A DNA stretch of 63,812 nt, filler included, from Octopus bimaculoides (taxonomy: Eukaryota): the NCBI RefSeq assembly GCF_001194135.2. It is 4 parts of 4 records of this genome, joined end to end, with 100 filler letters (N's around TTAATTAATTAA, not from the genome) between each part and the next. Parts side by side here need not be neighbours in the genome. Positions count along the whole stretch, not along the records: positions 1 to 31,757 come from NC_068985.1; 3 more parts are not named here. One strand, given 5' to 3'. Shown one piece after another: positions 11,307 to 22,829 of the stretch. The first letter of the stretch is position 1. Every line of letters begins with the position of its first letter. The notes under the pieces were generated by a model, which did no database searches, had not been told where the DNA came from, and worked only from the letters and a program-made list of their open reading frames with translations. The translations under genes were made by a program, and so were the position numbers.

Positions 11307-11921
11307 GTCTCCATTACTACTAGTAATACTACATCTCCCAGTAACCTAAGCATTGACCCCTCCACCATCCTGATATGACTCTGACCTCGTTTCCCTTCCC
11401 TTGCTCCAACGCACCACTTATTCCCACCCACTAACCTACTCCCTCCTACCATTACCTCTTCCTTGCCTCCTACTACTACCTCTATTATACTTTTACATTT
11501 CCTTGCTTAATGATCTGATAGTTAGACTCTTATCTATCAACCCTGACGAAGGAGGCTCTGCATTTTAACAATGTTTATTTGATTCCACTATTGGTTGCAA
11601 ATTTTTGATCAATTACATCTGCCAACATTATCAAGTAATGATAATGCTCTCAGAAACAGGTGTCGGACTCACAACGCCTTCACTCCTCTAATTCTTTGAG
11701 TCGATGTCATCTGAGTAATCTTGGTCTGTTAATATATATCTATATATTTATACCTGATTGTTAATCATCTGGAAATTTTGAGTCTGCATCTCTTTTTACA
11801 TGTATACATATATACATTAAAACCCAAGGTTTTATCTCTTCATTTGAATCATTCTCTCTCTTTCTCTCTCTCTTCTTCTCCCTCTCTTCTCTCTCGCTAT
11901 ATATATATATATATATATGAG

Positions 11922-12040
11922 TACAGGACGTCACCAACTGTAAACGACATGAAAAACGAAAGCAAAAGAGTTCAATATGCAAACAACGAGAGAAACAAAT
12001 AGAAATCGGGACAAATAACGCTACGAATGGCCCTTCATCA
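11922..12040. mobile_element. Short (TA)n-embedded element, half of the palindromic element at 36561
   Basis: Starts TACAGGACGTCACCAACTG, ends CCCTTCATCA; (TA)n on both sides. Confidence 0.6.
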
Positions 12041-13079
12041 TATATATATATATATATATATATTCATTAGAAATGCAGAGACGCCTATAATAGGACATCT
12101 ACTCGCTAGAAATAGCAGCAAAAATACTACATACCACAAAAGTTAGGGATAATTTCGAAAGGAAATGAAAAATAAAAACTTTTACCAATCTATATTCTGT
12201 ACCATGGTTTCAAGTCAATTTTAGTAAGATAAAGATTATAACTTTTGTGGTATGTAGTATTTTTGCTGCTATTTCTAGCGAGTAGAANNNNNNNNNNNNN
12301 NNNNNNNNNNNNNNNNNNNNNNNNNNNNNNNNNNNNNNNNNNNNNNNNNNNNNNNNNNNNNNNNNNNNNNNNNNNNNNNNNNNNNNNNNNNNNNNNNNNN
12401 NNNNNNNNNNNNNNNNNNNNNNNNNNNNNNNNNNNNNNNNNNNNNNNNNNNNNNNNNNNNNNNNNNNNNNNNNNNNNNNNNNNNNNNNNNNNNNNNNNNN
12501 NNNNNNNNNNNNNNNNNNNNNNNNNNNNNNNNNNNNNNNNNNNNNNNNNNNNNNNNNNNNNNNNNNNNNNNNNNNNNNNNNNNNNNNNNNNNNNNNNNNN
12601 NNNNNNNNNNNNNNNNNNNNNNNNNNNNNNNNNNNNNNNNNNNNNNNNNNNNNNNNNNNNNNNNNNNNNNNNNNNNNNNNNNNNNNNNNNNNNNNNNNNN
12701 NNNNNNNNNNNNNNNNNNNNNNNNNNNNNNNNNNNNNNNNNNNNNNNNNNNNNNNNNNNNNNNNNNNNNNNNNNNNNNNNNNNNNNNNNNNNNNNNNNNN
12801 NNNNNNNNNNNNNNNNNNNNNNNNNNNNNNNNNNNNNNNNNNNNNNNNNNNNNNNNNNNNNNNNNNNNNNNNNNNNNNNNNNNNNNNNNNNNNNNNNNNN
12901 NNNNNNNNNNNNNNNNNNNNNNNNNNNNNNNNNNNNNNNNNNNNNNNNNNNNNNNNNNNNNNNNNNNNNNNNNNNNNNNNNNNNNNNNNNNGACAAATAA
13001 CGCTACGAATGGCCCTTCATCATATATATATATATATATATATATTCATTAGAAATGCAGAGACGCCTATAATAGGACA

Positions 13080-13268
13080 TCTACTCGCTAGAAATAGCAG
13101 CAAAAATACTACATACCACAAAAGTTAGGGATAATTTCGAAAGGAAATGAAAAATAAAAACTTTTACCAATCTATATTCTGTACCATGGTTTCAAGTCAA
13201 TTTTAGTAAGATAAAGATTATAACTTTTGTGGTATGTAGTATTTTTGCTGCTATTTCTAGCGAGTAGA
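13080..13268. repeat. Perfect 48-bp inverted repeat downstream of the Penelope-like element
   Basis: 13080-13127 is the exact reverse complement of 13221-13268. Confidence 0.95.
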
Positions 13269-13389
13269 ACGCTAGTAGTTCGTCTTTTCTTTTTGTATTA
13301 ATTTAATTTATTGTTTATGTATATAGTTATTTAATTCCATTTATTTATCTGTGTATTGTATTATATTCACATTATTATCATTTTATAGG

Positions 13390-15000
13390 GATCTTATTCT
13401 GTCATAGGTTGTGGAGTGTTGGGGTGTATGTGCTAGTGTTCCATTCTAATTTCATATTCAGGCTAGGTTTATCTTCTATTATGCGTGTAGCTTCCGTAAT
13501 TTGTCTGAGTGTTGCGTCTGTTCTATGTGTGGACAAGATTTTAACTTTTATGTTGTCGAGTGAGTTCCCGTGTTCCTGCTCGGCGTGCTACACAGAACTG
13601 ATGAGCTCTTCTGTTCCTTAAGTTCCCCACCAATGCTCATTTACCCGCGCACCTATGCTCCATGCTGTCTCCCCTACGTACGTCGTTGTCTTGTTACTGT
13701 GCCGTGCCTCTGTACATCTTATACTATATACTACATTCCTAGCTTTACAGTTTTCTTGTGGGCTAAATCTACATAACATACAGTTCCTATCAGTACAGGG
13801 GGTTCTACTAAAAGGGTAGGTTCCACCGATTAGTGATTTTGATAGGGTTATCTGGCCTTTCTATAACCTTAATTCTTAGCTTAAGTTTGTCTAGGGCCCT
13901 TCTAAAGCGGCACACCAGTTCGCCTCTAGGAGTGGTGTCAACGAACATGACACTATTTGTGGCTATCATACCGTGAGCTGGCCTTCCCTATTTTCTTCTT
14001 AGTTCTTTCAATGGTGTTCCATGACTTGCTCCTATAGAGTGGGCAAATCTCAATCCTATCGTTACGTATGATAGTTTCAAATTTTCTCATGTCTCCTTTA
14101 TATACTCTGATCCTTTCTCTATGGCTATGTTTCGAGAACTGCATGCGGTGAACGAAGTGTAGTATGTGTTTCTTTAACTCTGTAGGGTCGTACATGCGGG
14201 ACACATTTCTCATTATTCTGATGAGGTCTGCATTCAATATATTGAATCTGGCGTTGTCCACGATAGCCGAGTACCGGTGAATCAGGTATTTGGAGGCCAT
14301 AGGTTTGGTATAGTGTGAATGAAAGATTTGAGTTTTATTATTCACATTTTCCAGCCAGAGTTCTGTATCTAGCACTGGTAGTCTATGGTTAGGGTGTTTT
14401 GTAGGGTAGTCTATCAAGACCTTAATACTCTGGTGGATGGAGTTGACTATTTGCTGGATACTCTCCATAGTATTAGTTTCTATTTCTATTTAAAGACTAC
14501 TCTCTTGTGGGGGTGCATTTTCCACTATGTTATCATCAACATAGCGAGAGTACATGTTCATGAGTATGGAGTTCTGTATCAGGTGTTCTTTAAGCCTTTT
14601 GTCTCATCATACCATGAAAAGGTTGGCCTCATCACCGGCGATAGTAATCCCGATGGCTTCCCCCTTCATCCTGAGCGTATATTTTGTTGTTAAACTCAAA
14701 TGTGTGGCCTTTTAGAGTATCTCTTATACTAGCTCCTAGTGCAAGTGCGATCATTTTCTTTACATGATCTTCGGGGATCCGTATGGCTCTGGTCCATCCG
14801 CTCCATCTCTCTATACGGTTTTTTTAGCGATAGATGTAATTGTGGGTGGTCTACCTCTTAAACATCTACTAGGGCAGAAACTTCTAAGGACATGTTTGTC
14901 TAGATATTCATTGTCACATGCCAGACTGACATATGACAATGAATATCTAGATAAACATGACCTTAAAAGACAAACATGACCTTTGATATAAACCAACTGA
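13390..15000 (-). mobile_element. Penelope-like element remnant: RT C-terminal half, Cys-rich linker, GIY-YIG endonuclease
   Basis: RLPVLDTELW, HYTKPMAS, C..RNCMLC, NVVY..YVGETA.SIGARVNEH, EA..I...PSLN.K.EW; stops and frameshifts. Confidence 0.88.
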
Positions 15001-15261
15001 TAAAATAAATAAAAGCAAATTAAACGAACGTGTATAAACAGGTGATATTGATAATGCAAGTGAACACCAAATATAGAGTGCTTGCGTTTTCATTGGCTAA
15101 ACTGGCAACATGACCATCCTCAAATACAACAATCTGTTTCAACACACGTATTCATATCAAGAATTTTGCAAAACGAATATATAAACGTGTTTCTATAACC
15201 TGATTGTTAAATTATTTCATCTGAAAATTTTAAGTCTTCCTTCTCTTTTTACATGTATATA

Positions 15262-15900
15262 CAGGGTGGCTACAAAGTCACGCACTATGGGAGATATCAA
15301 GTATGCTTATTAGCGATGAAGTAGGTAATCCATTACAAATGTTCAAAGTGTTGGCCATGTAGCTCCAAACAAGTGCTCATACTGAATTTGAAATTGCGAT
15401 GAGCCCTCTCAAATAGATCTTCATTGCCGTTGACTTGTTCACATGCTTCAACAATTCTTTGAAGATGTCCTTGGTCACGAATCTCTTCAGAATACACAAG
15501 GGATTTAATGTAGCCCCAGGGGAGAAAAAAAGTTCATGAGAGTTAAATCTGGTGACCGTGGTGCCGATTCAATTGGCCCATTCAATTGGAAAATGTTCAT
15601 TCAGAAAACCACGAATCCGTAATGCATAATGGGGTGGAGCCCCATCCTGCTGAAACCAGACAGGATTTCCCCTTCCAGATCCGAATCACCTGTCACAGAG
15701 CCCTCAAAATAAAATGGTCCAATTGATTGTGCTAAATCCCACACCACATCATTACCTTGCCTCCCCCTTGTTGATTATCTGCCTCCATCCAATGAGGATT
15801 GGTTTGTGAGTAAAATCGGCAGTTGTGAAGAGATAAAAAAGAAGAGAATGTTAGCAATTTCACATATTGCAGGATGGTGCATGACTTTATAGCCACCCTG
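15262..15900 (-). mobile_element. Tc1/mariner-superfamily deletion derivative with both TIRs
   Basis: TIR CAGGGTGGCTACAAAGTCACGCAC / GTGCATGACTTTATAGCCACCCTG, TA TSD; FQQDGAPPH, PRSPDLT, WGYIKSLVY. Confidence 0.9.
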
Positions 15901-16098
15901 TATATTTTGTACATTCAAACCCAAGGCTTTTATCTGTTTATTTGAATCATTGTCTCCATATCTGGTCACTTATATTCCCCTTATAGTCACTGTTTACCCT
16001 ACTGATTTGGTGTTCAGTAAGGCATGAGAGTGTAAGTTCAAATCATTTGAGCGCTGCATAGTGTTTTCCATATTAAGATTCTCTCAGTCTCACCTGTT

Positions 16099-16196
<98 letters not shown>

Positions 16197-16889
16197 GTAC
16201 GTGTACATATCTTGTCATGCCTTAGCTCCCCAAATAACGATGTAGTAGAGTCGTCCATGTAACGAACTGAAACTAGTTTTTTTTCCAGCTTTGACGGTTG
16301 TGTGCTAGAGCTTAGATGGCCGCTTACGATTTTCACGTTCATTCTTTGATGTTGTATATCCATCTTCTCTTCTGTTTGCCCCTCTTTCTTTCTTGTTACC
16401 CGATTTCTTGAATAAAATTTTCAGCAAAGCCATTTGATCTTATCATATAGCCAGACCAATTTCTTTCTTTATCATTGCGACATTTTCATAAAATAATGCT
16501 GGCTGGTTTCAAAATAATGATATACGTATGAAATGCCTAAATAGTGACGCTAGCATCTCATTTTCAAAGGCTCTGTCTTCCCCTAAATCTCTGCCACGAG
16601 CGTTCACGTCTGTCATGTGTACAGGAAGTTGAAAATTATCAATGGTTTGGCTTGTTCAGAGTGATACATTTTAACTGTTCAGTTTGTGTTTCGTTAGTGT
16701 CACTGTATGCCCAGCTCTTACAACGGTATCACGGTGTGATTCTTTATCATTAAGCCTTGTTGCAGCTATGTCGTCAAATATGTTTGACTCACTACTAATT
16801 GCGTCCCCTACAATTGTTTATTTTTGTTTTTAATCGGAAAAAAAATATACAGATTTTTGTGATGAAACGAGCATATAATGACCCCGGCA

Positions 16890-17000
16890 CTTCGTCAGGT
16901 ACACAAGAAAAGCCTAGATTCTTTACAGTCGAGGAAGTTATTGATGATGTTTATTCTTTGGATGAACAGCTGACCCTTACGCAGACAATGAGAGTGATGC
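16890..17000 (+). mobile_element. Repeat fragment shared with 20590-20720, possibly a piggyBac-like transposase N-terminus
   Basis: Both loci encode KPRFFTVEE(V/I)IDDVYS.DE..LTQTMRVMQ; superfamily assignment is weak. Confidence 0.35.
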
Positions 17001-17019
17001 AGAAAAGCAAAAGACGAAA

Positions 17020-17580
17020 ACAGGTGTAGGAACAACAAGAAGGTGTATTAGTTTAACGCTTGGGAACATTGGAAAAGTCTTTTACGTTTCGAGCCTTCAC
17101 TCTTCGACAGAAAGGAATAAGAGGTAAAAAATAGAGAGGGAATAAAAAAACAGAGAGAGAAAAACTGTGTAGAAGTCAGTGGTCCAACATGGCGAGATGA
17201 CTGGAAAAAAAAAGAGCGTGAATGAAAGGGAGATAATAATGGTGATCCCAATGGTGATCGCAAGCGTGTGTGTATCTGTGACCAAACATACACCATGTGT
17301 ATAGTGTATGTTTATGGGTAAAAACTATCTTTGCCAAAGCGTGCTGCGTGTATTTATGCGTGTTGTGTGTGTGTGTGCATATATTGTTTGTGTTCAGGTA
17401 TTATGTGCTTGTGTGGGTGTGAGAGTGTGCATGCTGGTGTGTGGTGTGTGTGCTGATTTAAACAGCGTGTGTGGATGCTCATACAGTGGTATGTGTGGTG
17501 ACGCTATTAAATATTGTATGTGGGTGTGTGGATAATAGTGTGTGGTGTGTCTGCTGAGAAGTGGTCGGCGCTAGTGTGTG
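17020..17580 (-). mobile_element. 3' UTR / terminal region of a Penelope-like element
   Basis: Homologous to 50810-51050 (exact 23-mer GTGTTCAGGTATTATGTGCTTGT) and ends in a hammerhead-like motif. Confidence 0.6.
17079..17114 (-). ncRNA. Minimal type I hammerhead-like motif with variant core (CUGUCGA)
   Basis: Minus strand CTTT-CTGTCGA-A-GAG-tgaagg-CTC-GAAA-CGTA-AAAG: stem I CTTT/AAAG, stem II GAG/CTC, palindromic ACGT stem III. Confidence 0.6.
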
Positions 17581-17809
17581 TGTATGTGTGTGTGTTTGTT
17601 TGTCTCCCATCACCACTTGACAATCGGCATGGTGTCTTTGTAACTTGGTGGTTTGACAAAAAAGACCGATAAAATAAGTACCAGGTTTGAAAAAAGGCCT
17701 GGGGTCAATTCATTCGACTAAAAATTCTTCATGGCTGCAGACTAATGATCGAAGCAAATAAATGATAGATAAAGATAGAAGTGTTAGCTGTCATATGACA
17801 GGTCTTTGT

Positions 17810-18112
17810 TGTTGGCACTCCGTCGCTTACGACGTCGAGGGTTCCAGTTGATCCGATCAACGGAACAGCCTGCAAGTGAAATTAACGTGCAAGTGGCTGA
17901 GCACTCCACAGACACGTGTACCCTTAACGTAGTTCTCGGAGATATTCAGCGTGACACAGTGTGACAAAGCTGACCCTTTTGAATTACAGGTACAACAGAA
18001 ACAGGAAGAAAGAGTGAGAGAAAGTTGTGGCGAAAGAGTACAGCAGGGTTCACCACCATCCTCTGCCGGAGCCTCGTGGAGCTTTAGGTGTTTTCGCTCA
18101 ATAAACACTCAC
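17810..18112 (-). mobile_element. SINE family D body (truncated by gap)
   Basis: Matches 60030-60408 and 25930-26100 (GATCAACGGAACAGC..CACTCCACAGACACG). Confidence 0.8.
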
Positions 18113-18534
18113 NNNNNNNNNNNNNNNNNNNNNNNNNNNNNNNNNNNNNNNNNNNNNNNNNNNNNNNNNNNNNNNNNNNNNNNNNNNNNNNNNNNNNNNN
18201 NNNNNNNNNNNNNNNNNNNNNNNNNNNNNNNNNNNNNNNNNNNNNNNNNNNNNNNNNNNNNNNNNNNNNNNNNNNNNNNNNNNNNNNNNNNNNNNNNNNN
18301 NNNNNNNNNNNNNNNNNNNNNNNNNNNNNNNNNNNNNNNNNNNNNNNNNNNNNNCAGATAACTTTGGCAGTTCACCTGTGCCACCATGATTAACGTTACA
18401 CATGTAGTATGGCATGCATACAATAATTAGAATTAACTTTTATCAAATTTCTCAGTGATGAAATGGATATTAATTTTCCTAAGAAAAATATTTATTATCT
18501 TAAAAGAAAACTAAATGAAACAAATTTCGTATTC

Positions 18535-18842
18535 GTACAAACTGGTGTTCCGTCGGTAACGACGACGAGAGTTCTTGTAGATCCTGTCAAGAAATTTACG
18601 TGTTAGCGACTGGATACTCCACAGACGCGTACTTTTAACATAGTTGTCAGGGTGATTCAGCAGAATACAGAATGTGACAAGGCTGGCCATTTTGAATGAC
18701 AAGTACTACTCATTTTTGCTAGTTGAGTGGACTGGAGCACCGTGAAATAAATTGCCTTGCTCAAGGGCACAATGTGCCACTGGGGATCGAACTCACGACC
18801 TTACAGTCGTAAGCCGAATATCCTAACTAAGCCACACGCCTT
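18535..18842 (-). mobile_element. tRNA-derived SINE (family D variant)
   Basis: tRNA-like head on the minus strand (GATCGAACTCACGACC..CTAAGCCAC on plus); similar to 25930-26248. Confidence 0.75.
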
Positions 18843-19097
18843 AAGTTGCATATAAATAAATCCTCCTATAACTTCTCAGTTACTTATTCACGCATCTCCG
18901 TCTCTGAAACTCTTTCTTTTTTACTCTCTCTCTCTCTCCGTACGCGCGCGCGCGTGCGTGTAGCCTTCGATTACAAATTGCAGGTTATTTTACATTTTTT
19001 GTTTTTGCATGAGATGAGGTTCAGGTAATCCATTAGTTTTAAATAGTGATTTCGATAAAATTCCTTTTCATCATTATCATAGATGCATTGGGTTTTC

Positions 19098-19732
19098 GGA
19101 TCTATTTTAAAACGGGGGCCACATTTTTCATTAATGTTTTACGTAGTGTTTTTGGTACGGAAAGACTTTCAAACTTCGTATACTTATCTATTTTGTGTTA
19201 TAGAACAGAAAAATATTTTTGTATTCGAATTTATTTCATGTAAAAAATTGTCTTATTTCGATAATTTCAACCAATCACTGACAAGTATTCAGTTGTTTAC
19301 ATTTACTCCTTTGGCTGATTAAGCGATGTAAAGCGTATTTAATCTCCATACCTTCGTTTTATTTGCTTTTTACATTTTAAATTTGCTTTAACCCTAACCA
19401 TAACCCTAACCCTATGGTTAGGGTTAGGGTTAGGGTTAGGGTTAGGGTTAGGGTTAGGGTTAGGGTTAGGGTTAGGGTTAGGGTTAGGGTTAATTGTTTC
19501 AGGATCGTTTGTTTATGTAGTCGGCACTTAATGTATATCGGCTGAATGGACGTCAGTGATTGGTTGAAATTACAGAAATACGACAACTTTAACATGGAAT
19601 AACTTATGGATTTCTTTTTTTTTTAAAGAAGACTAAGAGAAAAAGATGTTTTATATGACACATTCTACCAGTGTTCCAAGTTTCAAAGTGTTTCGTTAAT
19701 GAAAAATGTGGCCCCCGTTTTAAAAAAGATCC
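19098..19732. mobile_element. Foldback telomeric-palindrome MITE copy 2
   Basis: GGATCT...AGATCC termini; TSD GGGTTTTC/GGATTTTC (1 mismatch); near-identical to copy 1. Confidence 0.92.
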
Positions 19733-19857
19733 GGATTTTCTTTTAATGTTATTTGCGTGAGTTAAATTAAGTTTATTATTTCCTAACATGCTAGGGAGCG
19801 CAGTGAATTATATTCCTGCAAATCTTTTAGTTACTCCTATTCATATGAAGCCTGAGT

Positions 19858-20052
19858 AAGGCGGTGAGCTAGCAGAGTCGTTGGCACGCCGGGCGAAATG
19901 CTTAACGGTAGTTTGTCTGTCTTTATGTTCTGAGTTCAAATTCCGCCAAAGTCGACCTATCCTTTCGAGGTCGATACAATAAGTACCGGTTGAACACTGG
20001 AGGTCGATGTAATCGACTCAATCTGCCCTTGTGGCAAAAATTTGAAATATTA
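19858..20052 (+). mobile_element. Family A SINE with 10-bp TSD
   Basis: AAGGCGGTGAGCT.GCAGA head; AAGCCTGAGT on both flanks. Confidence 0.8.
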
Positions 20053-20346
20053 CTAAGCCTGAGTGGAATTTTTTGTTTGGGGGTGTGCGATTTTACGGTC
20101 GATTCCAAATAAGTTAGTGGGCGGGGGTGTTAGTTTGGCAATATCTATTATTGCTTTGTCTGATTGTCCTTTTTTAAAAAAAATATATTAGGGGATATAT
20201 AGGATTAAGTTACAAATTTTTAGGACAGTTTTGTTTTTGTACCAAGCCTAGTATCAGCATCCATTCTGCACCTCTCATCCTATCTTTTTCTGTAGCTCTC
20301 TTTTAAACCCTCTTCACCTCTCTCTTTGAGATGTAAAGCGCAACTG

Positions 20347-20433
20347 TAGAAATGAATCAACCAGCCAAGTAACCATAGAAATGAATCAACCAGCCAAGTA
20401 ACCATAGAAATGAATCAACCAGCGAAGTAACCA
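20347..20433. repeat. 29-bp tandem repeat x3
   Basis: TAGAAATGAATCAACCAGCCAAGTAACCA three times with no spacers. Confidence 0.95.
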
Positions 20434-20845
20434 GCATTTATATCAGCTAAATTGTCATAGCTCAGGTACCTCTACCGCTAGTGCTCCTATTTTACAGACA
20501 TCCGGCGATAATCGTAACACCTGGTAAGTTTGTCTTGAATATCTTAACCTTATCGCACTGATTAACCCAGCACTTCGTCTGGTAAACGAGAAAAGCCTAG
20601 ATTCTTTACAGTTGAGGAAATTATTGATGATGTTTATTCTTCGGATGAAGAGTTTATTCTTACGCAGACAATGAGAGTGATGCAAGCAATCAAATGGGTG
20701 AAACAGTGAGGAAAGTAACAATTCGGATGGACAAATAAAGTAGTTGAGTGATAGGCCTGCAATTGTTATTCTCCCGAATGTTAATTGTAATTCAATCAAT
20801 TAGTTTATCTGTAATCGTTACTCGGGAGTTGCGTATGCAGCTATT

Positions 20846-20880
<35 letters not shown>

Positions 20881-21349
20881 CAGGAACACTACGTAGGGAG
20901 TTAAGTCAGATAGGGACTCAGGTCTGAGAGGATTAACGTAAATTTTGAATTAATGAATGATGATAAGCAAATGTCGTTTTTTGTGTCAAAAATGCACGAC
21001 TTAACGTGACAAGGTTTCGCCCACAATAATCACTGAAAGATTGATTGAACTTTTTTTCTTTTTTAAAAAAGAAGTAATGCTTGCATCTCCTCACCGTTTC
21101 GGATAAATTTCACCAATGTTTGATCAAAATTGGTGACTATAAAATGACCGCTGGTACAAGATAGCAAATGTGAAAATAATGCCTTGATTATTGCCAACGG
21201 CCTGATTCGTCATTGAATTTTCATGGCTATGCTGCACAAAGAAATTTGCCCCGTTTGTCTGAGCGACACGAACCTGTCACTCTTTGATGTATCAGAGGTA
21301 GCCAAATCTCATTCGTTTTGCAGATGAACAATTACTCGCTGGTAGAACG

Positions 21350-21532
21350 TTAGTGTTTCAGTCATTAGACTGTGGCCATTCTGGGATACCTCCTTGAGGA
21401 ATTTTCAGTCGAATGAATCGATACCAGTACTTATTTCTTAAAGCTTGCTACTTATTCTAGCAGTCTCTTTTGCCGATCTCCTAAGTTACAGAGACGTAAA
21501 CATACCAACACCAGCTGTCAAACGGTGGTGGA

Positions 21533-21571
<39 letters not shown>

Positions 21572-21720
21572 ACGGGTTTCAGTTTCCGTCTACCAACAAG
21601 GCTTTGGTCGGCTCGAGGTTATAGTAAAAGACACTTACTCAACGTGCCATGCATTGGGACTAAACTCGGAACCATGTGGCTAGAAAACAAACTTCTTACC
21701 ACACCGCTACGCCTGCGCCT
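21350..21720 (-). mobile_element. Composite SINE (head B + internal microsatellite + tail C)
   Basis: Same bipartite layout at 30895, 34325, 46510 and 47870. Confidence 0.8.
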
Positions 21721-21869
21721 ATGAGTATTTGGGGTCGGGGAATAACATTGAAGTTAATTCTGTATTTGTTAAAAATTACATTTCGCAGTCGGGTGTAAAT
21801 GTTGCATTTCCGTAGAAATCGATAATAAATTAAATTCGAATTAAATATGAGTGCCACGTGAGCTTTAAT

Positions 21870-22507
21870 GGATCCTTCTGATTTGGCGGACACCATTTTT
21901 TATTTAGTTTTTATTTAGTATGTTTTCCACTGAAACACTTTCAAACTTCGTATACTTGTATAGTTTGTCTTATAGAACAGAGAAAAAGTTTTATATTCGA
22001 AGTTATTCCATGTTAAAAGTTGTCGTATTTCGGTAATTTTTGCCAAATTTTGTGAAAAATTTGTGGTGGTGTATTGAACAGATTTTCACCAAATTTGGCA
22101 AAAATACTCATAACCCTAAACCTAAACCAAACCCTAACCCTAACCCTAAAACCCTAAAGCTAAAATCAGTACAAACGCACGAACGATGTCATAAATAACA
22201 GTGCCGCCGATAGTTGTTGTTGACAAACAACAGCAGTAATCTTATTCAAGGGAAAAGATCCCATTACTCCGCCACAACGTGTTGTTGACAAACCACAACA
22301 GTAATTGTTTTCACCTCAATAGACGTCAGTGATTGGTTGAAATTACCGAAATACGACAACTTTTAACATGAAATAACTTCGAATATACAAACTTTTCTTA
22401 ACAAGGCTAAGAGAAAAAGATGTTTTATATGACACATTCTACCAGTGTCCCAAGTTTGAAAGTGTTTCGTTAGAAAACAAATGGTGTCGGCTAAATCAGA
22501 AAGATCC
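21870..22507. mobile_element. Sister MITE with different outer TIR, one-sided CCCTAA-type array and 8-bp TSD
   Basis: GGATCCTTCTGATTTGGCGGACACCATTT / AAATGGTGTCGGCTAAATCAGAAAGATCC; exact TSD GCTTTAAT; subterminal arms shared with copies 1-3. Confidence 0.9.
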
Positions 22508-22829
22508 GCTTTAATTAATTTAAATATTAAATTATCGACTCTTACGCTTTAGAACTTGTATAACAAGTCAATCAGTTGCTAAGGTCTCTGCTAAAAATAT
22601 GGTGTTTTCCCAGGGTGGGGAAATCCTAATCAAATACCCCTCACACCTTTCTTTCTATTCTCACATGCACAGTAACAGACACACACTTACGAAAGTATAA
22701 CTCTGCCCTCACCCAAGCCGGTGCCTGTCTTTCGACCATACATCAGGTGTGACAAGGAAATGAAGGCGGAGGGTGGGAAACAAAGAAAAAGAAAAACCAA
22801 GCACAAAATCACACCATCTCAAGATTGAG

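Noticed and set aside
12010-13269. 278-bp direct repeat (12010-12287 = 12992-13269), LTR-like
   Set aside because: Identical sequence immediately flanking an N gap; most likely an unmerged contig overlap
20347-20433. 29-bp repeats as a CRISPR array
   Set aside because: No spacers, no cas genes, eukaryotic context
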